This document shows, piece after piece, positions 13,729 through 25,662 of a stretch of DNA of 64,000 nt. Both the position numbers and the translations under genes were made by a program. The stretch is from the human T2T-CHM13v2.0 reference genome, Homo sapiens: assembly GCF_009914755.1 (NCBI RefSeq), contig NC_060939.1, one strand, 5' to 3'. The stretch's first letter is position 1. Every line of letters starts with the position of its first letter. The notes under the pieces were generated by a model. That model was not told where the DNA came from and did not search any database. It worked only from the letters and a program-made list of their open reading frames with translations.

Positions 13729-14844
13729 TTTTAGATGGTTGTCTGGAGAAGTTACAAGGTAAACTCAAGTAAGAAAAGATTTGAAGAAAGTTTTCAGTGG
13801 TTGAAATGTTGAAGCCTCAGCAAGGATCAAGTGAATTTGTTTTCTTTCCTGAGGATCTCAACTATGTTGGGCTGTCACAACAGAGAAGTGAGAAATGAGG
13901 TGTGAATAGTGTCCAGTGGACTTCAGCGGACAACCTTAATTATCTTGGAGTTTCCTGATCCAGTATTATTAGTAGTCTGTCCTATTTCCTATTTCACATT
14001 GACATCTCTGTCTCTGAGCTCTCAAGCTAAGTTCCTCTGCATTGGCCTGAAAGGAAATGCTAAACCCAATGAGCCCAAGCCAGCCTAGACCAGGCTTAGG
14101 TGTGGCCAGGAGCAGTGAGTAAATCACAGTGACATTATGATGGAGCAGACGTCCCCACATCAGCCTCTGTACACATTGGAGCCATGTCAGTATTTGAGTA
14201 GCATCATAATGGTGACAAGGGGAAGGGCATCTTTGATCAGGATGAGGTTGTTTGTTCCTCCAAAGGTTCATATTGTGATCCAGGCTTTGCCCATTTGGTC
14301 CAGGAGGTTGAAAGAGAGAATGCAATTAATCTCAGCAGTAAACACATTGAAGTCAAAACGGTCTCCAAATGGAGGCACACACGTTTGCCTACTTCCTTTT
14401 TGTTCATAAGGAGCACTTAGTTCCCAGAAGGGGACAAAGTCCTGGTAATCCATTCTTGTTAGGTGAGTACCTATGAGGGTTAGTGATGACTCTGAATTCA
14501 TGCCCAGAATGAGGATGTTGTTCATGTTTAGAGGGACAGGGGCCCTGAGGACCAGTTCTGTGGGGGAGATCCCACTACTGAATGGTGGGCTGCTACTCCT
14601 GATTTAAAACACCTAATACCTGACTACTTGTTAAGGATTCTTGGAACAATATCAGAGTGGTGGATAGTAGCAGAAGGTATTTTCAATGATTTCTGAAAGG
14701 AGTTTTTAATGATCTTGAGGTCCTAAATCAACTAAGCCTTAGTTTAGTTCACTTCAATTCAATATTTAATTTAGCTCTGTGGGAAGCCCCTTTTTCTCCT
14801 GAAAGTTATGTATAATTAGGAAGTTCTAAGAATCCTGACTTCCC

Positions 14845-14972
14845 ACAGATAGGCTCTGGTTTACTCAGGACAAACCCAGTTTATGTCTATTGTGACTACA
14901 TATTATTACAAATGTCCCCTTTTAATTTAAAGAGTCTGAGTTTGAGTAGCAAATTATATGGCTACTCCATAT
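14845..14972. mobile_element. MER94/MER81-like hAT-Blackjack MITE
   Basis: ggtttactcaggacaaacccagtttatgtctattgt...gtccccttt...gtttgagtagcaaattatatggctactc. Confidence 0.55.
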
Positions 14973-15002
14973 CCGTGGAGATTTTTAAAAATCAGTAAAT
15001 CA

Positions 15003-15308
<306 letters not shown>

Positions 15309-15348
15309 TCAGTGAATGTACATTTCTTCTTTTAAAAAAGTTTGTTTT

Positions 15349-15673
<325 letters not shown>

Positions 15674-16344
15674 TTAGTGAAGTGAGAAAACCAGGTGATG
15701 AAATGAATGTGGGAAATAATTTGTTTAAAAATAACTATTGCAAAATTTACAGTTTTCTAATATGAATTCAATAGGAATCCAATAAAAATTTTAAGAATCC
15801 TTCAGGCAGTTTTAAAAAGTTTTGATGAAAATCGTTGATTCTTCTCTGCCTCAATGCCCTTTCACTTGAGGAATCTATACTTGCTAAAGACCATGAGTTA
15901 AAATTTAAGCTGGATATGTTTTGTAAGCTGGAATGTTTTTGAATCTTACAATGAGCATCTACTACACCAGCTAAGACAGAAGAAAGTCAAATCCCTTGTT
16001 CCAGAGAGGATCCTCAGGAAATGAGGAGATATAAATAAAATGTTCTGCCACAAAACTATTGTCCCTCAAGCAGTCCCTGATCCAGAAAAGTTGTGTATGT
16101 CAGCATTGAGCAGGACCTGCAGAGTTGCTGAAACCTGCCACCTAGACTCATCTTCCTTGTTGGGTCATCACTGGGCTAAGTTTCTAGCTCATTTCTAGGT
16201 CAAACCCATGCAGTGTGGGGAATGATGACTGTGACAGCCGTAATATATATCAGTAGGAAAACTTGTCTTCTTTGGTGTGCTGGGTGCATCTAAGAGGTCT
16301 GGAAATGTGGCTGGGTGCATCACATCATCATCATTTTCCTCATG

Positions 16345-16580
16345 AACAAACTTAACTACCACTTAGTTGAGTGTCCACCATAGGCCAAAAACTATTCCAC
16401 ATACTATGCAAGGCAACTTATCCACGCTTTACCATTGAAGAGGTACAAACGAAGAGGTACCATTTTTATCTCCATGTGGAAGGTAAAGAAGCCAAGCACC
16501 AGGCCACAGAGAGGGTAAAGGACTTGCCCAAGTTCACACAAGTAGTAAGAGGTGAGGCCAGGGTTTAAAATGAGCACGTG
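16345..16580 (-). mobile_element. MIR SINE
   Basis: cacagagagggtaaaggacttgcccaagttcacacaagtagtaagaggtgaggccagggttt. Confidence 0.75.
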
Positions 16581-17262
16581 GGAGAGAGAGCCTGTGCCCT
16601 GACCTTTTACTGTACCACCACTCTTCGTGTGTGACAACCTGGATGGCAAATCGGCATTTCTCCTGACATCGTTTCCCTCTCTGGCTACTTCTCTCTTTCC
16701 CTTTACAGCCAATTCCTCATGTTTCTCAAACAACATGAGTATACTTTCTATCTCCAGTTTCCCTCCTCCCGTCTCTCTTGAATTCCCTCCAATCAAGCAT
16801 TCACACTACCACTCCATTAAAATTGTATTATCAAAATAATCAGTGGTCTCCATGTTGATAGAGCCAATGGGGAATTCTCAGTTCTTATCTTCCTTGGTGA
16901 GTCATTAGCTAACAAGTTGATCACTCCTATCTCACTGTAAAACTCTCTTCACTGGCTGCCAGTGCACTACATTCCCTCATCTCCTGGCCATTCTGCTTCA
17001 GTCTCTGAGTCAGTACCTTCTCATCTCCCTGACATCCAAATATTGGGTGTTTTAAAGCTCAATTTCTGGAATTCCTCTCTTGTGTAGCCACAGTCTCTGG
17101 GATTTCATTCCATTTCATAGTTCTCAATATCTGTATGTTTTAGCATTTATATCTCCAACTTGTTTTTCTTTCTTTAGCTCTAAATAGTAATAATATCAGC
17201 TGGCATCCAACAAGCTTCACATGTCTGAAACTGAGTTCCTGTTTGCAATTCAACAACACCCT

Positions 17263-17264
<2 letters not shown>

Positions 17265-17301
<37 letters not shown>
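17265..17301. repeat. Pure A37 tract
   Basis: Direct count. Confidence 0.95.
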
Positions 17302-17304
<3 letters not shown>

Positions 17305-17549
17305 TAATTTGACTCTAGTCTTGCCCGTTTCACCTTCACCACACTCACTGCTGCTCCTTCATTCAAGCTCTCATCACCTCTTGTCTGGATTATTATAATA
17401 GCTTCTTAATTTGTCTTTGTCTTGCTGCTTCTACCCTTGTTCCCTTTCAGTCTATTCTCAACATAGCAATCAGAAAGGTCCTCTTTAAATGTGAGTTAGA
17501 TCATGTTACTGCTCTGCTCAAAATAATGCAGTGGTTTTCCATTGCACAG

Positions 17550-18139
17550 AGTGGCAGATTGCATTTTCCAAAAGACAATTGCAATGATATTTCCTAGCCC
17601 ACGTGCTCTTCTTATAATATGACTTTACATAAATGCGATTTGTATTCTGTCTCTTTAATCTGGGCAGCCTCACAAACATGGCAAAAGTGATAAAAGTAAC
17701 TTTCAAGGCTAGATCATGCAAGACAAGGCAACATAGCTTCTACCTGGTTCTATGAAGACATTTGCCTTTGGCTCCCTGAGCCTCCATCCAAGAAGTCGAA
17801 GTAGCATGCTATGAGGAAGCTCAGGTCATAAAAAGAGGCCATGTGTAGATGCTGTAGCTGAGAATTACAGCTGAGGTCCCATACAACAGCCAGAGTAGAC
17901 TACAGCCATGTGAGAGAAGGTGTCTCCAAAAATTTTAATCACTAACCATCAGCCCTCAGCCTTTGAGTCTTCTCAGTTGAGGCCCCAAACATTGTGGAAA
18001 CATCATGGAACAGAGACAAGCCATCCTTACTATGTCTTGTTTGAATTCCTGACTCACAGAATCCATAAGCACAGTAAAGTGGTTGTCATAAACATTAAAT
18101 TTTGGGGTGGTTTGTTATGCAGTAAAGGTAACTGAAACA
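17550..18139 (+). mobile_element. MaLR solo LTR, MLT1H-like, nested in L2
   Basis: gtggcagattgcattttccaaaaga...cccacgtgctctt...ggggtggtttgttatgcagtaaaggtaactgaaaca. Confidence 0.8.
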
Positions 18140-18380
18140 TTGGGTTAAAACCCAAAGTCCTTATAGTAGCTACAATGTCTCTATGATCTGGCTCTTTGTT
18201 GTGACTCTGATTTCATCTCCTACAAATCTCCACTTCCATTCCAGACATCCTGGCCTGCTTGCTAGTTCTTAAATACACCACGCAAACACTGGCTTCAGGG
18301 TATTTATGTTTGTCATTCTCACTGCCTAGAGGTTTCTGCCCCAGTTATCTTCAAACACAATCTCTCATCTCCATCCCTGG

Positions 18381-18891
18381 TGTGATTGCCAGTCTCCAAG
18401 ATGGCTCCAATGATAGCTGCCTCCTGACATCATGCTAGGGCATAGTACCCTCCCACACTGAACAGGATTGATATGTGTAGCCAGTGAGAAGTGGCAGATA
18501 CAACAGAATATGACTTCTAATGCTCGGTCACAAAATATGCCATTGCTTCCTCTTTGCCCTCTTGGGTCACTAATTGTGGGGGAAGCCAGCTGCCATGTTG
18601 TGAGGAGATACACGCAGTTCTATGGAGAGGCCCATGTGATAAGGAACTGAGGTCTCCTCCCAATAACCATGAGAGTAAGATGTCTTAGAAGTTGAGTCTC
18701 CATCCACAGTCAGGCCTTCAGATGACTGTAGCCCCAGCTGACTTCTTGACTGCAGCCACAGGAAGGACTCAACCCAGGACCATCCATCTAAGCTGCTCCT
18801 TAATTCATGATCCACAGAAATTGTGAAATCACAGTGTTGTTTTAAACCACTAAACTCTGGGATGATTCATTACTCAGAAAAAGATAATACA
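18381..18891 (+). mobile_element. MaLR solo LTR, MLT1F-like, nested in L2
   Basis: tgtgattgccagtctccaagatggctccaatga...ggaagccagctgccatgttgtgagg...ccttcagatgactgtagcccc...gataataca. Confidence 0.85.
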
Positions 18892-19149
18892 CTTAGCTAC
18901 TTATTTAACAGTATAACCTCTCTCTTCCCAACAATCTCTATCCCCCTTTCCTGATTTACTTTCTTCCACTGTACTTGTTACCATCTAATATACTACTAAA
19001 TATTTAACTTATTTCTCTTAATTACTGACCCTGCCCCCTATAGTAATACAAGTTCTAGGAGGATAGACATTTTTGCCTGTTTTATTCGTTGTAAATCCCC
19101 AGTACCAGGCATATAGCCAGCACTCAATAAATGTCTGTTAAATGGCTAA

Positions 19150-19650
19150 ATCTCACATGCCACTCTGATTGTTAATGGCTGCTGGAAACGCTGTGTTAAT
19201 AAGAATTGCCTGACCGTAGTGAGAAGAGTGTTGCAATCAATTAGTGATGACTGCTGTGGGTGTGGAAGAAGCAGTGGCATTATGCTTGCTATGTATTTGC
19301 CTTCCTTGCTGTATCTCTGCATCCTTTCTTCAGGCAACAGTTTATACCCAGTTACCCTGTAACAATGATAACAGAGTCTATGTTTTGTCAAGGGCTGCAG
19401 ATAAAGCAACTCACCTTACAATTTAACATTCAAACATTTCGGGATGTATTTATCTCCTGCTGTTAATTCAAACGCCAAGATTCAATTTGTCTGTTGGCTC
19501 TTAATTATCTTCTGAGGAGGCAAAGAATCACTGGTTACCATTATCTTTGAAATGGCTCCTCATAAAACACAGAAAATAAGCATTAAGACATGAAAGCTAC
19601 AAGGCCCACAATGCGGGAATTTTAACCTTGAAAACTGTCCAACAGTAGAA
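19150..19650. promoter_or_regulatory. Candidate GATA-rich enhancer module
   Basis: Repeat-free. WGATAA at 19366, 19399, 19450(-), 19505(-) and 19541(-), plus CAGTTA (MYB) and TTGCAAT (C/EBP half-site). Confidence 0.5.
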
Positions 19651-19824
19651 CTACGAGTTTATGTAGGAGTTTGAGAAGTAATTTGCCAAGTGAGCAAAAA
19701 AGTTATACAGCCCATGAGAATAACACCATCCTGGCTATGAATCTCAAGATGGAATGTAACATTTGTGAACATCAAATCTGCAGTGTTCTCGTGAACCTAG
19801 TGGTCCAGTTTGAAAACATTACCC

Positions 19825-19945
19825 TCATTTATTCGTTCAAAAATATTTTCTCACCACCTACTATGTTCTTGACATTGCCATCAATACTGGGAATTCCACA
19901 GGGGATTAAACAGAATCCTTGCCTCATCTTACATCTTACAGTCAT
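19825..19945 (-). mobile_element. L2 3' end fragment
   Basis: catttattcgttcaaaaatattt...cacctactatgt...cttacagtc. Confidence 0.6.
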
Positions 19946-20654
19946 TCCTCAATGTAGTCCTGCTTACACCACTTAGAGAGTCAGAATCCAAGCACCTACG
20001 AGATTTCTGTGTTCAGCATCAGCTTTGTTCCTCATCACAAGGAATAGAATATATTAGAGTAGGAGAACACATGCAGTTTTACTCAACCTGCCAGTTTTTT
20101 TATTGGTTGTCCTTAAATCCAGAGATTTTTTTTTTTTTTTTTTCATGAAACAAGAGACAGAATTTCAGGTCCATCCTCCAAGTCCAGGTATTGCTTTCAC
20201 AGGATTCTGGGGTTTTTTGGTTGTTGTTGTAAGGAGCCTTGCTGAGAATGAGCCGGTTGTGGTTGGTGTATGTAGAGATGCACTGTCTACACACTTACAA
20301 GAGCTGATGGATGATGCCCCTGCACTATCCAAGATTCTGGATGTCTTTAAGGTAACAAGTGTCCATGTTGTTCCTTGAAAGCCTGGAGAAATCTGGTGTG
20401 GGAAATGTAGGACTCTTGGTGTGGGGGGACTGTTCAAGACCCTTGCTCAGTCTGGATGCATCATGAGCATGAGAGGCAGTTCTGAATGGGTTCAGTTTTT
20501 AATTTACCAGCCATAAGATACTGGAACATCCATTAGGCAGTGGGAAATACAATTGATCAGTCATTTAGCAGCCCATCATTCATAATGGTGACAAGTTGAC
20601 ATACAGAGACTACATATTAAAAAAGCAGGGTTGAGGGTGGAGTTCTGGGGCATA

Positions 20655-20835
20655 TCAACGTTTCACATTATCTCATTTGATCCTCACCACAAACATTGTG
20701 GTAGGCACAATGGAGACTACTTGGAGTCTCCTTTTACACATGAGGGATGAAGAGCTCTGAGAAATTGGGGTTTTCCTGAGGGCTCACAGAACAAAGTCAG
20801 GAATAGGCCTCATGGGGTCTTTTTCTGCAACACTA
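20655..20835 (-). mobile_element. MIR SINE
   Basis: cacattatctcatttgatcctcaccacaaac...ttttacacatgagg. Confidence 0.7.
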
Positions 20836-21739
20836 CTACTCTGTGACATGGTCTTCTAGAGAGAAATAAAGTACTGGTATTATTGGGCTTCTGTTCTTTC
20901 TGCATTTTTGATGATCACTCAGTCAACTCCCTCCTAACATGAGAGTGGAAGAAAAGTTGGCAGCAGCTTTGGTTTCCTTAGTATGCTGTGGATGGAACAC
21001 AAGAACACAAGTCTGAGCATCCTTGATGACTCCCATCATCACCCTGCCTGTAGCTGACTGCTCTCCATCTCCAGATGAACTTCTCTTTGTTCCCACTAAA
21101 ATCAGAGCCAAAGAAATGAAGCTAAAACTCTGATAATTTGTGTGTTTTTGTAACACAGTGGTCCAGATAAAGATGAACAGATTTAAGCAACATCAAATTT
21201 TTAGTAAAGCTAACAGTAATTTCTCCTTTGCAAATGCCAAGCTTCACCTTTATGTGCCTTGAAATTCTTTGGCAACACACTTAATCTTGGGGAATCTGAG
21301 TTTATTAGAGGAATGTAGGGAGGAAGCAGGCTGCATGCCCTCCCAGCTTAGATTTAGATTTAGCCAGAAGAATGTCTGCACTTCTTTGCTAGAGGTGTTA
21401 CAACTATGAGACTCAGTGATGCTTTGAGTCTCTCCCTGGTCTATGTGGGGTGAGGAGTTAGGTGCTTTCTTGGCTCTGTTTTAGGGAAATGACCAAGCAG
21501 GTCCTAAATTATAGTGCTTTTTGAGAGGTATGAACTTACTCCATACTACTTACATCTGCTAACAAACTCCAGGAACTTCAAGGGAACAAGATTAGTTCAA
21601 AACACTCCTTAGAATATCCAGTGGAAAGCACTGGGACTGATTTTCATTCGTTGAGCATTACCCAAGGTAGTGTGCCCTAAAAAGAAGTGTACCCTATGAA
21701 CAGAATAGTAGAAACTATCCCTATCATGTTGTCAAGCAA

Positions 21740-21915
21740 TTTATCTTGGCACTGTGCTTGGAATGCCATTTAACGTTTGCAAAGTAGGAGGTATCATTTT
21801 CTCCATTTTACAGATGAGAAAACTGTATCAGTGGTACCATACAACTTGCTGAGGATTGCCAATCTAGGAAGTGAGTCAAAGAGTTGACTCCAAGGTTGGA
21901 AGCATTCTTCTCCCA
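21740..21915 (-). mobile_element. MIR SINE
   Basis: ctccattttacagatgagaaaactg core. Confidence 0.7.
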
Positions 21916-22097
21916 TATAGCACTTCTTTGCCTAGATAAGGATTCTGTCCTGGGGCCTGCAGATCTCTGGTAGGAATTCATTTGAAATACAGCTGGCTGC
22001 TTTCTGAGCCATCCTCCTCTCCTGTATGGGACTGATGCAGCCCCTGATCACACTGTGGTGCAATGAGATTGAAGGACTGGCAAAAAAAAATGTGAAC

Positions 22098-22282
22098 AAG
22101 GGTGCCAGAGTTAGCAAATAAAAATATAGGATTCCTAATTATATTTGAATTTCAGAGGAACAACAGATTATTTCTTAGTATAAGTATATCCCAAATAGTG
22201 CATGGAACATACTTATACCAAAAATTGCTGTTGTTTGAAATTGAAACTTACCTGGGCATCCTGTATTTTGTCTGGAACCATG
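22098..22282. mobile_element. MER53 palindromic hAT MITE
   Basis: agggtgccagagttagcaaataaaaatatagga...tttgaatttcaga...tagtataagtatatcccaaatagtgcatggaacatacttatac...gggcatcctgtatttt. Confidence 0.85.
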
Positions 22283-22649
22283 ACAGGGGAGTGATGGTCT
22301 CCTGTGGGGGCCTCCATTCCCGCCTTCTGCCAGCTCAGGCCTGGGCTCTGACCTCCCTCCCTCCCAGCTTGGCTCTTAACCCAGCCCTCCCCATTCCCAA
22401 ATTTCTCGAATCTCCAGACTCCCTTTTCATTGATGCCACTTCCCAAGCCCAGTGGAAGAGTTACCCAGAGTTCTCAGAGTTTTCGGCTTCCTTTTGTTGG
22501 CCTTCAAAATAAGCATACGTGCTCGCTTCTCTTTATGGGTTTTTCAAGAACATGAACAGGGGTGGTAACGGGTAATAAGCATGGAAAAATCACAGAGCTT
22601 CCAAAATGATTACAAAGGTCTCTTGGTATTTATTTCCTGCTTTCTTGGC

Positions 22650-22710
22650 ACCCCTACCTCCACCCCCGCACCTCCCCCCCCCCCCCGCCGCACCTCCCCA
22701 CACCTCCATC
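22650..22710 (-). repeat. C-rich low-complexity tract (G-quadruplex potential on the minus strand)
   Basis: Runs of C4, C5, a long C homopolymer and C4 within 60 bp. Confidence 0.7.
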
Positions 22711-23110
22711 CCAAGTATTTAACTGGTTCTAGAAGTCTCCCTAGGGAGGTGCCAGAAGTCCCTCAGTTTCACAGGCTGCAGACTACCTCCTTTCATTGCA
22801 AGAGTGAGACTCATTCATCAGTCATCTCCGTCCTCCTCCCCTTTAACTGAAAAGCCAAATTCTGCCTTTACCCCACACCACTGCCCTGCAGTAAAGCCAT
22901 TGCCAGAGGAGAGATGCCCCTTCTGCAGTAACCCACCTTCAAGTTTGAGTATCATTCATCTCAGAAAACAGAGCAAATGCCCTTCTCTCACCACCATTTT
23001 GGGTCCTTCTTCTCTTCAAGCCCCAAGTCCAGGGTAACTACAAACATACTTCTTCCTCATGTTTCTTCCTCTCTCAATTCTCCATGTACCATCTATGAGC
23101 CTGACCCTCC

Positions 23111-23657
23111 TGTACTAGTCAAGGTTCTCTAAATGGTCAGAACTAATAGGATAGATATATATATGAAGGGGAGTTTATTGGGAGAATTGACTCACACGAT
23201 CACAAGGTGAAGTCCCACAGTAGGCCATCTGCAAGCTGAGGAGCCAGGAAGCCAGTCCGTGTCCCAAAACTTCACAAGTAGGGAAGCCGACAGCACAGCC
23301 TTCAGTCTGTGGCTGAAGGCCGGAGAGCCCCTGGCCAACCACTGGTGTAAGTCCAAGAGTCCAAAAGCTGAAGAACTTGGAGTCTGATGTTCGAGAACAG
23401 CAAGCATCCAGTACGGGAGAAAGATGAAGGCCGGAAGATTTAGCAAGTCTGCTAATTCCATGTTCTTCTGCCTGTTTTATTTGCTGCACTGGCAGCTGAT
23501 TAGGCGGTGCCCACCCAGACTGAGGGTGGGTCTGCCTCTCCCAGTCCACTGACTCAAATGTTAATCTCCTTTGGCAACACCCTCACAGACACACTCAGGA
23601 ACAATAACTTTGCATCCTTCAATCAAATCAACTTGGCACTCAGTATTAACCATCACA
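23111..23657 (-). mobile_element. ERVL solo LTR, MLT2A2-like
   Basis: Complete TG...CA element matching reverse MLT2A (…gagtccaaaagctgaagaacttggagtctgatgttcgag…cagtattaaccatcaca); TSD cctcc/ccttc. Confidence 0.9.
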
Positions 23658-24964
23658 CCTTCCTACACAGCTATTAAATAGTATTACGACCTTCCATTTG
23701 TGTTGATGTCTGCTGGCCTGGTTTCACCCTTTGCTAGGCGCTTGAGGATAATGATCATCTCCTGGAAGCCACTGGCAGATCCTGGACCACAGAATTTGGG
23801 GGTGGCTGGGTGGGGAGTAGATTGTACAGTGTATTTTAAAAATTAGTTGACGTTTAAAATTTCCACATGATTATAACCCATGTCTCCGGCTTTTCAGAAG
23901 ATCTGGTGCCCCTAGGCCCTGATTTCTGCAAGGTAAGGCTGCCCTTATTACATGGTACCTACATTCCCTGGATCTCCATCTCCCTCCTCCCGTTACCTGC
24001 AAGGCCCCTGCAGAGACTGATAGCCTTTCACTAGAGAATTCCAGGCCTCAAACACCCTGATGGCAGACTATCAATGAACTCCTGATAAACACATTATATA
24101 ACAGGCTAAGAACCAGGCAAAATTATAGCATTTTTAAAAATGAGTAGTTACCACACTGCTACAGAAAACCATTTATTTTCATTGTCGACTGGAAATATAA
24201 ATTCGAGGAAGATTAAGATATATGCATATGGTTATTTTGATTGTTCTTTAGAGGTTTAAAATCAATTTAGTACTATAAAATATAGTCTTATTGTAAAAGT
24301 ATTTTTCATTAAATGTAAAGGAAAGCTTATTGATAAATAGCTGTAAATTTGCTCATTGAATTTACAAGATATTTGTAATGTCATTAATGGAGGTACAACC
24401 TGCTGAACTGCATGGAATCCAGCGTCTCTTCATTTTTGCAATATATGAGTAATAGGCCAAAAACATTGAGAAATAGCACATGGAATTTTATGTTTCCTCT
24501 GTGAAGACTCAGAAGAAAGGAACATGTTCACTAGTGTTGAGATTAAAACACCGTAAGCAAAGACAATATAAGAACCCTGCAATGCTCCCAGAGGCGGAAA
24601 TGTATCTTGTGCTTACTTTGGAGAACAGAACTGCCAGTCTTCAGAATTCAGGAGTTGCAATCATCTGAAACTTGATCATTTTACTTAAAAAAGTACCCTA
24701 TTGGATAACTTAAGAAATATATTTTCATTCAAGCATTCAACAAATATTTTGGGAAACAAAGCTTCCCTAAAATATATTTATCACATAAATATATTCAAAA
24801 TATTAACATTTCCATCATACAAGTATTATATTCATCAGTATAAAGTATATCTTAATGCAGAAGTATTTTCTGTCTTCTTATTTTTCTCAGAAAAATCACA
24901 GGATTTTACACACTTGTCCAAATTTGACATATATTAATTAGAAGGAAATCATAGAACTATGCAA

Positions 24965-25130
24965 TCACAGATTTAAAACTTTGAAGTATTTTGGAGATCA
25001 TCCTGACCTAATTTTGCAGATGAAGAAGCTGAGGCCAGAGAAAGATTTATTAGGCCAAAATCTCATGGCCAGATGGTAGAAGAATGGGCATGAATTCTGG
25101 GCAATATCTCTTGGTTTACTCCCCTTTCTA
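24965..25130 (-). mobile_element. MIR3/MIRc SINE
   Basis: ggagatcatc...attttgcagatgaagaagctgaggccagaga. Confidence 0.65.
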
Positions 25131-25662
25131 ACATACCAGTTTACCTCCTTAGAAAATGCAAAATGACATTGAAGGCCCTCTCTATAAAAAGTCAGGAAGG
25201 CATATAGTACATTTAAAAGGTTCTCATAAAAGGATGAAAACACAATGTCTTTACTTGAAGAAAGAAAAAACATGTCCATTTATATGAGTAGAACAATACA
25301 TGCCCCCATGTTAACCCTGGTCATTGTTAAGATGAGAATATAAGCTCCATGAGAATAGCAATTTTTATATTTTTGCTCACTGAAGATTTCCCCACAACAA
25401 TAACAATTTGGGGACATAGTATGTATTCAACGAATAGGATACACAGATGTGCCAGTTTTCCCAGGACAGCCCCATTTATGGCTGTTGTCCAGGAGGCTGA
25501 TCCCTTAGGGCTCCTTTCATTCTCCATTGCATCACTTTATTATTAAATATTTTTGAAAAAATATAAAGGATGAGGTTATGGATTTGTTTTTATTTTCTTT
25601 GATTTGCGTGCACCTTCTAAATCTTGTACAATGAACGTGCATATTTGTGTAATGGGAAAAAG

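Larger units (their letters stand above)
16670..19145 (+). mobile_element. Long L2 (L2a-like) split into three pieces by two LTRs
   Basis: Collinear L2 segments at ~16670-17549, 18140-18380 and 18892-19145, ending cactcaataaatgtctgttaaatg. Confidence 0.8.

Noticed and set aside
20103-20378. 91-aa ORF with a hydrophobic stretch and a nearby AG|GTAAC donor-like site
   Set aside because: It starts across a poly-T run, has no recognisable homology and no partner exons.
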